Shown: in pieces, positions 27,521 to 37,468 of the stretch
How the letters are laid out: the number at the start of each line of letters is the position of its first letter
Position numbering within the stretch: the stretch's first letter is position 1
Assembly: GCA_021845665.1 (NCBI GenBank)
Contig: JAJZVO010000005.1
Coordinates: 17,422-81,421 of the forward strand
Origin: Bacteroidota bacterium
Lineage (GTDB): Bacteria; Bacteroidota; Ignavibacteria; Kryptoniales; JAKASW01
Length of the DNA: 64,000 nucleotides
Direction: 5' to 3'
The notes under the pieces: generated by a model
Told to the model about the DNA's origin: nothing
Database searches by the model: none
The model's input: the letters and a program-made list of their open reading frames with translations, nothing else
Made by a program: the position numbers and the translations under genes

Positions 27521-27955
27521 TCAGAACGGCAGGTCATCTTTTTCTTCCGAAACCGACGGAGGCGCGCCCGGGGCGGATTCCTCCTTTCCGAACGATCCAC
27601 CTGCCGATTCTCCGCGCTCCTGGCGTGAACCGAGCATGACCAGATCGTTGGCAACTATCTCGGTGATGTATCGCTTGTTGCCGTCCTTACCCTCATAGTC
27701 CCTGTATTGGATTCGTCCTTCTATGTATATCTTGTTCCCTTTCTTCAAGTACTCCGCCGCGATCTCGGCGAGTTTTCCCCACATCACGATGTTGTGCCAT
27801 GAAGTCTTTTCCTGCGGATTTCCTTCCTGATCCTTCCACTGCTCGCTCGTCGCAAGACTGAAGTTGACGACTGCGGCCCCGCTCGGAGCATAGCGCAACT
27901 CCGGATCCTTGCCGAGATTGCCGATCAGAACAACTTTGTTCACACTACGAGCCAT
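27521..27955 (-). CDS. ssb: Single-stranded DNA-binding protein
   Basis: 144 aa. Sequence [22 protein letters not shown] (OB fold), a Gly/Ser-rich linker and the acidic C-terminal tip DDLPF. Confidence 0.95.
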   Translation of the reverse strand: MARSVNKVVLIGNLGKDPELRYAPSGAAVVNFSLATSEQWKDQEGNPQEKTSWHNIVMWGKLAEIAAEYLKKGNKIYIEGRIQYRDYEGKDGNKRYITEIVANDLVMLGSRQERGESAGGSFGKEESAPGAPPSVSEEKDDLPF

Positions 27956-28073
27956 TACTACTCCTTCCTGTTTTGAATTTAGGCCGTTTAAAAATAACAG
28001 CGGACCATTTCTTAACCAAACGGAAGAGCGTCGACAACCGCGCGCTCTCCCGTCTGCCGCTATTCAGATCGAA

Positions 28074-28301
28074 TCAGAAATTGACTCCCAATTCCGGCGC
28101 GACTTTCTTGAGTGCGTCCAGGACTGGCGTCAGCCCCTCCTTGAAGATGATGATTCTTTGGCGATCAAACTTCCCATCCTGATTCTTCCGGCTTTCAGTG
28201 AGAACCAGGTACTTGGAGCCAGTCTTCGCCTCCTTCACATCAAGGAAATAGTTTCGCTGACCCGCCTGAATTCTGATGGCTTCTGATTTCTCGTCAGACA
28301 T
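28074..28301 (-). CDS. PUR-alpha-like nucleic-acid-binding protein (DUF3276)
   Basis: Start ATG 28301, preceded by GGAGGG. AGQRNYFLDVKEAKTGSKYLVLTESRKNQDGKFDRQRIIIFKEGL matches the DUF3276 repeat pattern common in Bacteroidota and Ignavibacteriota. Confidence 0.7.
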   Translation of the reverse strand: MSDEKSEAIRIQAGQRNYFLDVKEAKTGSKYLVLTESRKNQDGKFDRQRIIIFKEGLTPVLDALKKVAPELGVNF

Positions 28302-28651
28302 TTTCCCTCCAGTTTTTCTTTCCGTTTTTGAATTAGGCCCTAAATCGCGGATTTTCACGATTTTTCTATCCTACACCGGTTTCCGAAGCACGATTTCAGG
28401 GACCCGTTAACAGCAGAAACTAAGCTACATGATTTTTAAAGTCAACTCGATTGTAGGAAAGATATCTCCGGCAAATTACATGACAGGTCCATCATGTGAA
28501 AACTCAACTGGTCTCGATAGAAACATGCACGCACGATATACCGGTCTATGGAATCCTTTTACAGCAAGTATCCGTTCGGCCGGCAACGGAGCTTTGAGAT
28601 GAAGTCATGTGCCGCCAGAATCGGCGCTGTACCACGACATAAGCAGATCAC

Positions 28652-28681
28652 AAAAAACCCGCCGGCAATCTCTGCGGCGGG
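28652..28681 (-). terminator. Rho-independent terminator of the polysaccharide export gene
   Basis: Minus strand: CCCGCCG-cagagattgc-CGGCGGG followed by TTTTTTG, 27 nt past the stop at 28708. Confidence 0.7.
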
Positions 28682-28707
28682 CTCTTGATCACACTTGTAG
28701 TGGTTGT

Positions 28708-30444
28708 CTACTTACCCTGCAATGTCCGTATCAGTAGGATTGCGGTAACGGCTACCGATGCAACGGAACCGACTGTACCGATTATGTCCTTGAAGAGATT
28801 CCACGAATACAATTCAGGTTTTATTGAAATGCGTGGCACGAAGACTAAATCGCCGGGTTCAATGTGAGTCTCACCTGGCTTGTACCACTGGTAGGTTCCC
28901 TGCTTGAGAATCCTGACTTCGGTCTCGGCTCCTTCTTTGGCGCCTCCGGCAGCAGCGATGTAATCTTCCGAATTCCAGCCGCTGTGATAGCTGATGTATC
29001 CCGGATAGCGAACCTGACCGAACACGTAAACAGCACGCTGACTCTGCGGAACATATATGCTGTCTCCGGCGCGCAGGGTGACATTATATTTTTCTTCTTT
29101 GTCGACAAACAATTTCAAAAAGTCCGTGGAGACAACTTCTCTTCCGGCCCTCATGGAAAGCTCTTGTGAAGCATACGAAAGATCTTCCTGGGTTACGTCC
29201 GCGGCCCGATTCGTGAAGAAGGAGGGATTCGTCGGCTGGGGAGGAGTAAAGGCATTCGGCTCCCTCGTTCTGTAAATCACCGCAGTCGGAAGCGAAGCCC
29301 ATTTCGTAAATCCTCCGGCCATCTTGATGATCTGAGTAAGCGTCGTAGTGTCGGGAGAAATGGGATAGATCCCCGGGACGTTCACCTCTCCATCCACATA
29401 CACATAGTAATTATCCATCTTATTCCTGTCGATGGGAACTACGACCCTCGTATTCGCGGGGAGCGGCATGTAGATCGCAGAAGAATCATCTAGGTTTACA
29501 ACCTTCTCGGCGTATCCTCCGCGCCCGTTCGGTTCGAAGACTTCGACGTGGGAAGAGTCGGCGATTCGCGTGAGACCCTGCGATATCTCGAGAAGGTCTT
29601 TTATCCTGTCGCCGTGAACATATTCGTAAGTCCCGGCCATCTTCACTCCTCCGGAGATGCTTAGACTACCAAGCGCGAAGTCTTCCCTGGGAACAACCAC
29701 GGCATCTCCCTGCTGAAGGTATGGATCATCAGAGACGTCGCCTGACTGATAGAACTTCAGCAAGTCGACGTTCTGAACCTTGCCGTCCGGGTGAACGAGT
29801 TCTATTCTTCTCAATGAAAAGGGGGGGAGTGGAGATGCGTCGCCGGCAAACTTCGGGAGGTTTGCCAAAGTGAAGACCCGGTCGACGCGGTCGAAAGCAT
29901 TCACCATGTAGCGGGCAGGGGTTTTGACCTCGCCTGCTACGATCACATAAAATGTCCTCGGGTAAACGAGTGTCAAAGTGATCTTTGCGTTCTTGTACTG
30001 CTCGCCAAGGAGCTTGACTGCGCGGTCTTTCGCCGCCGCTATCGTCATCCCGCCTACTCTGAGAATGCCGTAAGCCGGAATAACGAGAGTTCCTTCCGGA
30101 GTGATGCTGAGCGTATAAGACATCGGCGTGGCGCCCCAGATCCCTATATTCACGAGATCGCCCGGACCGAGGACGTACTTGTTGGTATCAACCGGAGCAT
30201 CATATGCCGGCGGCTGAATGGTAACACCTTGACTCTGCAGGTTGCTGTACAATTCGGCACTGGATGTAAACATGCTGGTACCCGGGATCCCCATTCCCTG
30301 AGTCTGTCCAGTGGTGCCACCGTACGGCGATTGGAGGACGTTCATGGCGTTTTGCTGCTGTTGCTGCTGACTATTCTGAGTCTGAGCAAACGCGATGGAA
30401 GAGTAGACGGCACAAATAGCCACTACAAGGATGATTCTTTTCAT
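28708..30444 (-). CDS. Polysaccharide export outer-membrane protein (Wza/BexD-like, Poly_export plus SLBB repeats)
   Basis: The likely start is ATG 30444, with signal peptide MKRIILVVAICAVYSSIAFA. There is a Q-rich linker, LGPGDLVNIGIWG (Poly_export), several SLBB-like units (GDAVVVP, GDSIYVP, GDLVFVP) and a C-terminal TM helix. The 74 aa upstream in the track ORF were rejected. Confidence 0.8.
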   Translation of the reverse strand: MKRIILVVAICAVYSSIAFAQTQNSQQQQQQNAMNVLQSPYGGTTGQTQGMGIPGTSMFTSSAELYSNLQSQGVTIQPPAYDAPVDTNKYVLGPGDLVNIGIWGATPMSYTLSITPEGTLVIPAYGILRVGGMTIAAAKDRAVKLLGEQYKNAKITLTLVYPRTFYVIVAGEVKTPARYMVNAFDRVDRVFTLANLPKFAGDASPLPPFSLRRIELVHPDGKVQNVDLLKFYQSGDVSDDPYLQQGDAVVVPREDFALGSLSISGGVKMAGTYEYVHGDRIKDLLEISQGLTRIADSSHVEVFEPNGRGGYAEKVVNLDDSSAIYMPLPANTRVVVPIDRNKMDNYYVYVDGEVNVPGIYPISPDTTTLTQIIKMAGGFTKWASLPTAVIYRTREPNAFTPPQPTNPSFFTNRAADVTQEDLSYASQELSMRAGREVVSTDFLKLFVDKEEKYNVTLRAGDSIYVPQSQRAVYVFGQVRYPGYISYHSGWNSEDYIAAAGGAKEGAETEVRILKQGTYQWYKPGETHIEPGDLVFVPRISIKPELYSWNLFKDIIGTVGSVASVAVTAILLIRTLQGK

Positions 30445-30782
30445 GTTTTGTCTTACACTCAGTTCTATAGGTGATAGAAACATTCGTTGAGGATTAATTA
30501 TAGTAAGAAACAAAAAGGGTTTACTCAAGGTATTTCTGCTCTGGCCTGCCTTGTTCCGGCAAACATCGTAACCCGGTGAAGAGGCTTTCACCCATTCTCC
30601 AACCATAATATTAACTGCCCGCAAATTCAGGATAACACGAAGAAGTCTACCGGCCATCCAATCCATGCGAACTTTAGACCGACTCGCTTCATTTGCGTCG
30701 TTAGTGTCCCAGCGGTCACATATTTCCTCTTTGCCAAATGCATTTTGCGGGGGTTATATTCTCAAATCAACCGGAGACAAAA

Positions 30783-31127
30783 ATGTACGAGCATCGAAAC
30801 GATCCGCTCCTGCCACGCAGGAAATACGTCAAGAGAGTCGCCAGACATGGTATGTTCTCATTCGCGCTGATAACAGTATCGCTGGGAATAGGTATAATCG
30901 GATATCATTTCTTAGAAGGACTCAGATGGATTGACGCCACCGTAAACGCTGCGATGATACTCGGCGGCATGGGACCGGTGAACCAGTTGCACACTACAGC
31001 GGGAAAGTTGTTTGCGGCGGCTTACGCATTGTTCTCGGGAATAGTTTTCCTCGCTGCAGTCGCAGTTCTTTTCGCCCCTATGTTCCATAGGTTTCTTCAC
31101 AGGTTTCATCTTGATTCAAAGAAATAG
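30783..31127 (+). CDS. Small two-TM membrane protein (pore-loop/ion-channel-like); function unknown
   Basis: Start ATG 30783, after GGAGA. Two hydrophobic helices (FSFALITVSLGIGIIGY and LFAAAYALFSGIVFLAAVAVLF) flank a short re-entrant-looking AAMILGGMGP segment. A possible TTGCCA-N18-TATATT promoter lies at 30731-30760. Confidence 0.5.
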   Translation: MYEHRNDPLLPRRKYVKRVARHGMFSFALITVSLGIGIIGYHFLEGLRWIDATVNAAMILGGMGPVNQLHTTAGKLFAAAYALFSGIVFLAAVAVLFAPMFHRFLHRFHLDSKK

Positions 31128-31244
31128 CGGGACACATTTTTCCGGGAGTCCTCTCTCCCGATCGATGAAACGGTGATCTCTATTATTTATATTCCAACAG
31201 CAGAAATTTTCAGATAATAAGAGTTCCGAAGGAGGAAAACAGAA

Positions 31245-32927
31245 ATGAAGAGCGTTTTGAATAAATACAGCTCGGAGTTGACGCAGAAGACATCGCAGCC
31301 TGCCTCTCGGGCGATGCTGTACGGCGTCGGCCTGAAGGACAACGACATGGTAAAGCCGCAAGTCGGCATCGCGAGCATGGGATGGGAGGGGAACACATGC
31401 AATATGCACCTTAACGATCTCGCGAAAGTCGTAAAGCAGGGAGTTCAGGAAGCCGGGATGGTAGGGCTGATTTTCAACACGATCGGTGTGAGCGACGGCA
31501 TTTCGATGGGAACGGAAGGAATGAAGTCCTCGCTTCCATCAAGAGAGATTATCGCGGACTCGATCGAGGCGGTGATGAGGGCACAGTGGTACGATGCGAA
31601 TATTTCGCTTCCGGGGTGCGACAAGAATATGCCGGGCTCCGTTATGGCGATGGGGAGATTGAACCGTCCGAGCCTGATGATCTACGGCGGTACAATAAGA
31701 GCAGGACACCTCGGTCAGCGAAAACTGGACATAGTTTCGGTCTTCGAATCTTATGGGGAGTTCATTGCCGGGAATATAAAGGAGTCCGAGATGAACGAAG
31801 TCGTGAAGCATGCGTGTCCCGGCCCCGGCGCTTGCGGAGGAATGTATACGGCAAACACGATGGCTACCGCCATCGAGACGTTGGGCATGTCTCTCCCTTA
31901 CAGCTCGTCGCTTCCCGCAGACAGCGAAGCGAAGAAGAAGGAGTGCCTCGCCGCAGGAAATGCCATCCTGGGCCTGCTTGAAAGAGACCTCAAGCCGCGC
32001 GACATCATGACGAAACAGTCTTTCATCAACGCAGTCACCATGGTGACCGCTCTTGGCGGCTCGACAAACGCCGTGCTCCATCTAATAGCCATCGCCAAGT
32101 CCGTCGGCGTCAGGCTGACCATCGGCGACTTCCAGAACGTCAGCAACCGCGTACCTTATATAGCGGAGCTCAAGCCGAGCGGCAAATTTGTGATGGAGGA
32201 CGTAAACGACATCGGCGGGATACCGGCGGTGCAGAAGATGCTCCTGAAGGAAGGTCTCCTCGACGGCAACTGCATGACCGTGACGGGAAGGACGCTCGGA
32301 GAGAATATCGAGAAAGTTGCGGACCTCAAGGCCGGGCAGAAGATCGTTCACCCGCTCTCCGACCCGATCAAGAAGACAGGTCACCTGCAAATTTTGTATG
32401 GTAACCTGGCTAAAGAGGGCGCGGTTGCAAAGATTACGGGCAAGGAAGGACTGCGCTTTTCCGGGCCCGCAAAGGCGTTCGATTCGGAAGAGGACACTTT
32501 GAAGGCGCTCGAAGAGAAGAAAGTCGCACCGGGGGATGTGGTAGTGATCAGGTATGAAGGACCAAAAGGCGGACCCGGAATGCGTGAGATGCTGACTATC
32601 ACATCCGCCATCATGGGCGCAGGGCTCGGGAAGAGCGTCGCTCTCATCACAGACGGCAGATTCTCCGGCGGCACTCACGGGTTCGTAGTAGGACACATAA
32701 CTCCCGAAGCCCAGAACGGTGGAGTGCTCGCCGTTGTCCGGGATGGAGACAGGATAACAATCGACGCCGAGAAGAACACGATAGTTCTCGAAGTCCCCGA
32801 CGCCGAAATAGAGCGGCGTCTGAAAGCATGGCGCGAACCTCCATACAGATTCAAGAGCGGGATGCTTTATAAGTATATCAAGAACGTTTCCTCCGCTTCT
32901 GAAGGCTGCGTGACGGACGAAGGCTGA
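31245..32927 (+). CDS. ilvD: Dihydroxy-acid dehydratase
   Basis: 560 aa. Motifs [57 protein letters not shown] and [12 protein letters not shown]. Confidence 0.95.
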   Translation: MKSVLNKYSSELTQKTSQPASRAMLYGVGLKDNDMVKPQVGIASMGWEGNTCNMHLNDLAKVVKQGVQEAGMVGLIFNTIGVSDGISMGTEGMKSSLPSREIIADSIEAVMRAQWYDANISLPGCDKNMPGSVMAMGRLNRPSLMIYGGTIRAGHLGQRKLDIVSVFESYGEFIAGNIKESEMNEVVKHACPGPGACGGMYTANTMATAIETLGMSLPYSSSLPADSEAKKKECLAAGNAILGLLERDLKPRDIMTKQSFINAVTMVTALGGSTNAVLHLIAIAKSVGVRLTIGDFQNVSNRVPYIAELKPSGKFVMEDVNDIGGIPAVQKMLLKEGLLDGNCMTVTGRTLGENIEKVADLKAGQKIVHPLSDPIKKTGHLQILYGNLAKEGAVAKITGKEGLRFSGPAKAFDSEEDTLKALEEKKVAPGDVVVIRYEGPKGGPGMREMLTITSAIMGAGLGKSVALITDGRFSGGTHGFVVGHITPEAQNGGVLAVVRDGDRITIDAEKNTIVLEVPDAEIERRLKAWREPPYRFKSGMLYKYIKNVSSASEGCVTDEG

Positions 32928-32986
32928 GCTCAGATGAAGATTCGAGCGCTCAGCAGAAGGCCATGGCGGCGTTGAAGGTGACCTTC

Positions 32987-33682
32987 AACTGAGACCACGC
33001 GCCCGCGTGGGGCGCGACTTCTTGACGGCGCCTTTTTCGACTTGCATTTGCTGTTTCAATCCACGCGCCCGCGTGGGGCGCGACCTGCAAGGGCCACAAG
33101 GCAAGCGACAAGTGTGCTGATGTTTCAATCCACGCGCCCGCGTGGGGCGCGACCTCATTACTGATTCTCCGTTTCGTTTTGAGTTACGTTTCAATCCACG
33201 CGCCCGCGTGGGGCGCGACAACGGCGGCTGGTTCATGACGAGCAAGGACGCGGGTTTCAATCCACGCGCCCGCGTGGGGCGCGACTGCAATATTATCCGA
33301 TACTCCCGATGGTTTCGTGTTTCAATCCACGCGCCCGCGTGGGGCGCGACACCGTCAACGGAACGGCCGTGAGTTCGTTTGCGGGGTTTCAATCCACGCG
33401 CCCGCGTGGGGCGCGACATATACAAACCCCGTGTTTAAACTGACAGAGTGATCGTTTCAATCCACGCGCCCGCGTGGGGCGCGACTCGGATGCTGTAAGT
33501 ATGCCGCCGCTTGTAACCTGTTTCAATCCACGCGCCCGCGTGGGGCGCGACCGCTTCGCAGGGTAACTTAACATGGAACCAAGCGTTTCAATCCACGCGC
33601 CCGCGTGGGGCGCGACACTGTTTCATTACATAGCCTCCGACATTTTGTATGTTTCAATCCACGCGCCCGCGTGGGGCGCGAC
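32987..33682 (-). CRISPR. Type I-C CRISPR array, 11 repeats and 10 spacers, transcribed on the minus strand
   Basis: The 32-nt repeat GTTTCAATCCACGCGCCCGCGTGGGGCGCGAC (plus strand) starts at 32987, 33053, 33122, 33188, 33254, 33319, 33386, 33454, 33520, 33585 and 33651. Spacers are 33-37 nt and all unique. The reverse complement GTCGCGCCCCACGCGGGCGCGTGGATTGAAAC is the classical I-C repeat with an ATTGAAAC 3' end. The 32987 copy has 8 degenerate nt and marks the trailer end, distal to cas2. Confidence 0.97.
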
Positions 33683-33852
33683 TGCCCTCCTAAAAGGGCT
33701 TCTAATTATACTACATCTGCATATTTCTTGCCTCGCGGCGCTTAACACAGACTTGTCAAAGGACTTCATGATGGAAAGAACGAAAAGATACCCTTCTAAT
33801 CCAATTTGCGACTGCTAACCTCACGAGGTTTTCATGTGAGCTTCGGTCAGCA
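33683..33852 (-). promoter_or_regulatory. CRISPR leader (between cas2 stop and first repeat) with a TATAAT -10 element
   Basis: This 170-nt, AT-richer segment carries TATAAT on the minus strand (complement of 33705-33710), 22 nt upstream of the first repeat. A TTGACA (complement of 33754-33759) is 43 nt away, too far to be its -35. Confidence 0.5.
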
Positions 33853-34143
33853 TCAGAAAATCAACGGCTCTTCTATGTCCGCTATGCCTGCCTTCCCGTG
33901 ATGCTCGACCCTCCGTTTCCAGTTCGATCCGAGGAAATAAAACCTCAGGCTGTCGTTCTCTTCATCGTACAACGACAGGAGCCTGTCTTTCAACATCTCC
34001 CACCCGGCAGGGTCTACGTTGCACTCGAATACCGAATACTGGACGCGCAATCCGTAGTCCAGACATGCCTCCGATATCTTCCGAAGCCGTCTGGTTCCGG
34101 CTCCGGTCTTTGTGGAAACGTCGTAACTTACCAGTACCATCAT
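33853..34143 (-). CDS. cas2: CRISPR-associated endoribonuclease Cas2
   Basis: Start at the MM pair (34143). MMVLVSYDVSTKTGAGTRRLRKISEACLDYGLRVQYSVFEC shows the typical Cas2 ferredoxin fold start. Confidence 0.9.
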   Translation of the reverse strand: MMVLVSYDVSTKTGAGTRRLRKISEACLDYGLRVQYSVFECNVDPAGWEMLKDRLLSLYDEENDSLRFYFLGSNWKRRVEHHGKAGIADIEEPLIF

Positions 34144-34153
34144 ATCGTTTGTC

Positions 34154-35176
34154 CTATTTGATGTAAAAAGGCGGATACTCCGCAATGTCTCCGCGGACGT
34201 ATCTCGCCAGCAATTGCGCCTGTATGTGCGGCAGAAGCCCCACCGTCATTTTCTCTCCGAGGAAAGGATGTGTTGTTTCCTCCTGCTTTCGCTTCTGGTA
34301 CGCTTCCAATACCGTCTTCCTCGCCTCGTCCGACATCCTCACCTCTCCGGATTCCCTGACGTCGAAATCTTTCTTAGTCACCTGTTTGAGGTTAATCAAA
34401 TTCAACATGACTCGATCGCCCAGATATGCCCGGAACTCCTCCATTATGTCGAGAGCAAGACTGGGTCTGCCGGATCTCAAACCGTGAAGGAATCCTACCT
34501 GCGGATCCAGCCCTGTGGTCTCGATGGCCGATCTTACGTCGTTCGCAAGGATTGCATACAGAAACGAGAGGATCGCGTTCGCCGGATCGAGAGGCGGACG
34601 CTTCGATCTTGCCGTGAATTCGAAGTCTTTGTTCCCTATCAGCGATGACAGGACGCCAAAATACATCGCTGCACATTCACCTTCGATGCCCCGCAGTTGG
34701 TCGAGCGTCTCTGCCTTTTGTATGTCCGGCAGACGCTCCCCCATGGTGGCGGCAACCCCTTCGATCGAATCGGAGTATTCCTCCGGGTGATTCCTCTGGT
34801 GTCGAAGCAGCAGGTTGCGGTAGTTCGCCACCTTTGCGGCAATGATCGGCCTCGCAATGGCAAGCGACTGAAGCTCGCTGTCGGACATTACATACTGCGC
34901 CTTGCGAAGCAGAACGTTTCCCTTTTGAGCGCCCGATACTCTCGCCAGGAACCTGCCGTTCGCGGACAGGTAGCTGATGCCGACGTTGTTCTCTGCACAA
35001 AACGACATGATCGCTGGAGACAGCGCCTTGAAGCCGAAACAGACGATGTTCTCGATGGAATGCACCGGCGCCTGAAATACCTTTTTGTTTTCTACTTCTA
35101 CCACGAACGTCTCACGCTCCTTATGAACGTAAGCGTCGTCTGAAGTGATGTAAAGCGTGTTAAGATGTCTTTTCAT
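34154..35176 (-). CDS. cas1: CRISPR-associated integrase Cas1 (I-C type)
   Basis: Start ATG 35176 after GGAGG. Motifs MKRHLNTLYITSDDAYVHKERETFVV.., LRGIEGECAAMYF, DPANAILSFLYAIL and GFLHGLRSGRPSLALDIMEEFR. Confidence 0.95.
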   Translation of the reverse strand: MKRHLNTLYITSDDAYVHKERETFVVEVENKKVFQAPVHSIENIVCFGFKALSPAIMSFCAENNVGISYLSANGRFLARVSGAQKGNVLLRKAQYVMSDSELQSLAIARPIIAAKVANYRNLLLRHQRNHPEEYSDSIEGVAATMGERLPDIQKAETLDQLRGIEGECAAMYFGVLSSLIGNKDFEFTARSKRPPLDPANAILSFLYAILANDVRSAIETTGLDPQVGFLHGLRSGRPSLALDIMEEFRAYLGDRVMLNLINLKQVTKKDFDVRESGEVRMSDEARKTVLEAYQKRKQEETTHPFLGEKMTVGLLPHIQAQLLARYVRGDIAEYPPFYIK

Positions 35177-35256
35177 GATCCTCCGATGAAGGTTACCTTC
35201 CACTGGGCCCAGCCAACGGAGAAGGTAACATTCTCCCCCGCTGCTAAGTCTTGTGC

Positions 35257-35889
35257 CTAGCCTCCACTCTGCAAATAGAGCTCCTTGAGATACCTCTTTA
35301 GTTTTCTATCGCTCATCGCTTTCGGCAGGCAGATGCCCTCCAGCGAGCAATTCCTGCACTTTGCTGAATACTCCGCCGCCGGAGTCCGCTTGTTCGTTAT
35401 CAGCTCCCTGACGCGCGCGACGATCTCTTCTGTTTGTCTTCGAAGCTCCGAGTCAATTTCCACTTTCACGCGCCGGCGAATTTTTGCATAGAAGAATTCT
35501 CCTCGTGCTACAGTGGTATTCAACATTTCTTCCAGACAGAGCGCCTGGGCGCAGAGCTGTACCTTGTCGCTGATATCGTCCTTTGGCTGACCGGCTTTGA
35601 ACTCGACCGGTACGACAGACATTTCTGTCTGTCGTCTAACAAACTCCACCACATCGCATCTGCCCGAGATTCCGAGCCTAAACGAATGAATCTTCAGGCC
35701 ACGGACTGTCTTTACCGTCCCGCGCGACTCATACGTATCCGTGTCCACTTTCTCGTGAAGGATGTCGCCGCGAACAGTGAAGACATTCTCCCTCCATGCG
35801 TCCTCGACGTGTATGAGCGCGCACTGCCTCGGACAGTAGACGTAATGCTGCAGAGCGCTTAACTGAAAGAAGTCGTCTTCAGTAAACAT
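35257..35889 (-). CDS. cas4: CRISPR-associated exonuclease Cas4 (RecB-like, Fe-S)
   Basis: 210 aa. Motifs LQHYVYCPRQCALIHVE, DVVE..VPVEFK (PD-D/ExK) and the C-terminal cysteines CRNCSLEGIC. Confidence 0.9.
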   Translation of the reverse strand: MFTEDDFFQLSALQHYVYCPRQCALIHVEDAWRENVFTVRGDILHEKVDTDTYESRGTVKTVRGLKIHSFRLGISGRCDVVEFVRRQTEMSVVPVEFKAGQPKDDISDKVQLCAQALCLEEMLNTTVARGEFFYAKIRRRVKVEIDSELRRQTEEIVARVRELITNKRTPAAEYSAKCRNCSLEGICLPKAMSDRKLKRYLKELYLQSGG

Positions 35890-35897
35890 AAAATCTC

Positions 35898-35957
35898 AGT
35901 GCGACAAACATTCTTGTTTGTCGGGGACATTCAAGAATGAATGTCCGACAACTATTC
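35898..35957. repeat. REP-like repeat copy A (two hairpins) downstream of the RAYT gene
   Basis: Sequence AGTGCGACAAACATTCTTGTTTGTCGGGGACATTCAAGAATGAATGTCCGACAACTATTC. Stems are CGACAAAC/GTTTGTCG (35902-35923) and GGACATTC/GAATGTCC (35925-35946). The repeat overlaps the RAYT stop codon. Confidence 0.7.
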
Positions 35958-36404
35958 TTCATCATTCAAATACCAGCCGACATACTTCTCCGGTTCTTCT
36001 GTCAGTCCTTTCTTTACCGGATTATTGTACATATAGTTCAACTCATTCTTGAACTCGACGTCATTACGGACTATTCGATCATACGACTCGTCCTGCCAAA
36101 TCTGTCCATTAGTCCCTCTGTGCAGATTGATCTTATGTGCCGACACGCCCTTGAGGCCGTGCATAACGCGGTTGAGAGTCATTCGTAGATTCGGCTGAAT
36201 GAGAAGATGCACGTGATCCGGCATTACGATGGCGGCATAGCAATGATAGAATGTCCCATTTCCTTCTTTGATATGCTTCAGAACGATCCCCTGCTCTTCT
36301 TCGTTGAACACTATTCCCCACGTAGCACGGAACGTAACGAAATAGACAGCCCCTTCCAATGTCCAGTGCGGCAGATGCCGCCGTGTGATTTTCAACTCAG
36401 TCAT
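35952..36404 (-). CDS. REP-associated tyrosine transposase (RAYT; IS200-like Y1/HUH family)
   Basis: The likely start is ATG 36404, giving 150 aa. Motifs are ITRRHLPHWTLEGAVYFVTFR, the HUH motif VMPDHVHLLIQP, the catalytic Tyr motif IWQDESYDRIVRN and the C-terminal YMYNNPVKKGL. The track ORF's extra 24 aa overlap repeat copy B. Confidence 0.8.
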   Translation of the reverse strand: MTELKITRRHLPHWTLEGAVYFVTFRATWGIVFNEEEQGIVLKHIKEGNGTFYHCYAAIVMPDHVHLLIQPNLRMTLNRVMHGLKGVSAHKINLHRGTNGQIWQDESYDRIVRNDVEFKNELNYMYNNPVKKGLTEEPEKYVGWYLNDEE

Positions 36405-36432
36405 AAATTTCAAATGTGTGACATATATTCTT

Positions 36433-36532
36433 AGTGCGACAGACATTTGTGTCTGTCGAAAGGGACACTCCGACAATCATTCAATGCAACAAACGCTCAC
36501 ATGCGTTGTTCGACAGACATTTTTGCCTGTCA
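36433..36532. repeat. REP-like repeat copy B plus a partial third copy and an extra hairpin, upstream of the RAYT gene
   Basis: Sequence AGTGCGACAGACATTTGTGTCTGTCGAAAGGGACACTCCGACAATCATTC (36433-36482) has the same orientation as copy A, with stem CGACAGAC/GTCTGTCG. A bulged hairpin lies at 36486-36511. A partial copy CGACAGACATTTTTGCCTGTCA lies at 36511-36532. Confidence 0.7.
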
Positions 36533-36589
36533 TAGAATCGCTATGTGGGACAGTCCATCAATTGCCAAATCCATTATCAGCGATGACTA

Positions 36590-37447
36590 TCATTGAACCG
36601 GGACAGTTTTGAAGGTTTCCGAATAAGGCTGCCCATCCAGCAGTATCTCATAATCCGAAAAGTCTCTCGCTGGGCCTTCCGTCGTCCGCTTATATGTTAC
36701 GCGCGCGAAGAGCTCATGAGCCGGTTTGTTACCGAGAGCAGTTTTGTGTTCGAAGACAACCAGCTTCCTCGTGCTCATCAGTCCGCGGGCAGCAGAATGA
36801 TCATGCTCAAACATCTCCTGCATTGCCTTCCAGAATAGGTCAAGGTCATCCTGGGAAAATCCGGTCTGTTCCGCCAGGTGTGCAGACACGAACCCGTGTG
36901 CACGATACAGACCATAAGGAATTGTGTATTTGCGGCCCATTGTCCTATTATCGCCACTTTGTTTTTCGGCTTCGGCCTCGGTTGCAACCGCCATTCGTGT
37001 AATACTATGTTCCAGTGCGACGACTGGTTCAACAGAGCGGGCAAACGTCAGCTGAATGGGGCCGCGAACCTGACCGGCGTTCCTGCCAGTACTCATTACG
37101 GCTCCAAATGTTCTGACATCATAATAGTTCTTGCACATCCATTGTCTTGCAGCTTCAGTTTTCTCCCCTTTTTCTTTCTCTGCGACCTTCTCATCATCAT
37201 GGGCTTCGTCAATGAGCTTGTTGAGCACCGCTTTCTCTTTGATGAAAATATCGTAGGGACGTTTGCCGCCATTAGTCAATAAAACATAATTCCTCACCTT
37301 TCTTTTCAGACAGACATCTGTCACCAAACCCATTCCCGTTTCAGCATCAACACGAGGAAGATTGCCGGCATCAGGGTCACCGTTCGGGTTGCCATCTTTT
37401 ACATCAAAGAAGAAGACAAAGTCATAGCGTTTAGTAACCGAAGACAT
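36590..37447 (-). CDS. cas7: Cascade backbone subunit Cas7 (Csd2, I-C)
   Basis: 285 aa. The sequence [49 protein letters not shown] is the Csd2 signature. Confidence 0.92.
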   Translation of the reverse strand: MSSVTKRYDFVFFFDVKDGNPNGDPDAGNLPRVDAETGMGLVTDVCLKRKVRNYVLLTNGGKRPYDIFIKEKAVLNKLIDEAHDDEKVAEKEKGEKTEAARQWMCKNYYDVRTFGAVMSTGRNAGQVRGPIQLTFARSVEPVVALEHSITRMAVATEAEAEKQSGDNRTMGRKYTIPYGLYRAHGFVSAHLAEQTGFSQDDLDLFWKAMQEMFEHDHSAARGLMSTRKLVVFEHKTALGNKPAHELFARVTYKRTTEGPARDFSDYEILLDGQPYSETFKTVPVQ

Positions 37448-37468
37448 ATAATACTCCTTTCCAGTTAA

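Larger units (their letters stand above)
35890..36589 (-). mobile_element. RAYT/REP-type unit (Y1 HUH transposase plus flanking REP-like hairpin repeats) filling the cas7-cas4 gap
   Basis: The whole 700-nt interval between the cas7 stop and the cas4 start consists of the transposase ORF plus hairpin repeats. No target-site duplication or terminal inverted repeats were seen, as expected for HUH/REP systems. Confidence 0.6.

Noticed and set aside
33019-33650. Self-targeting spacers matching elsewhere in this window
   Set aside because: Scanning the 10 spacers by eye against the window found no match. This is not an exhaustive search and should be repeated computationally against the whole genome.
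32985-33818. ORFs 32985-33425(-), 33142-33372(+), 33389-33574(-) and 33573-33818(+), with reiterated peptides such as SRPTRARGLK and SIHAPAWGAT
   Set aside because: They are translations of the CRISPR repeats. The periodic peptide repeat mirrors the 32-nt DNA repeat, so they are not genes.
35898-36460. GUGCGAC at the start of each REP-like hairpin resembles the group II intron 5' consensus GUGCG
   Set aside because: There is no domain V/VI, no reverse transcriptase ORF and no exon-binding context. The HUH transposase and direct hairpin repeats explain the motif better.
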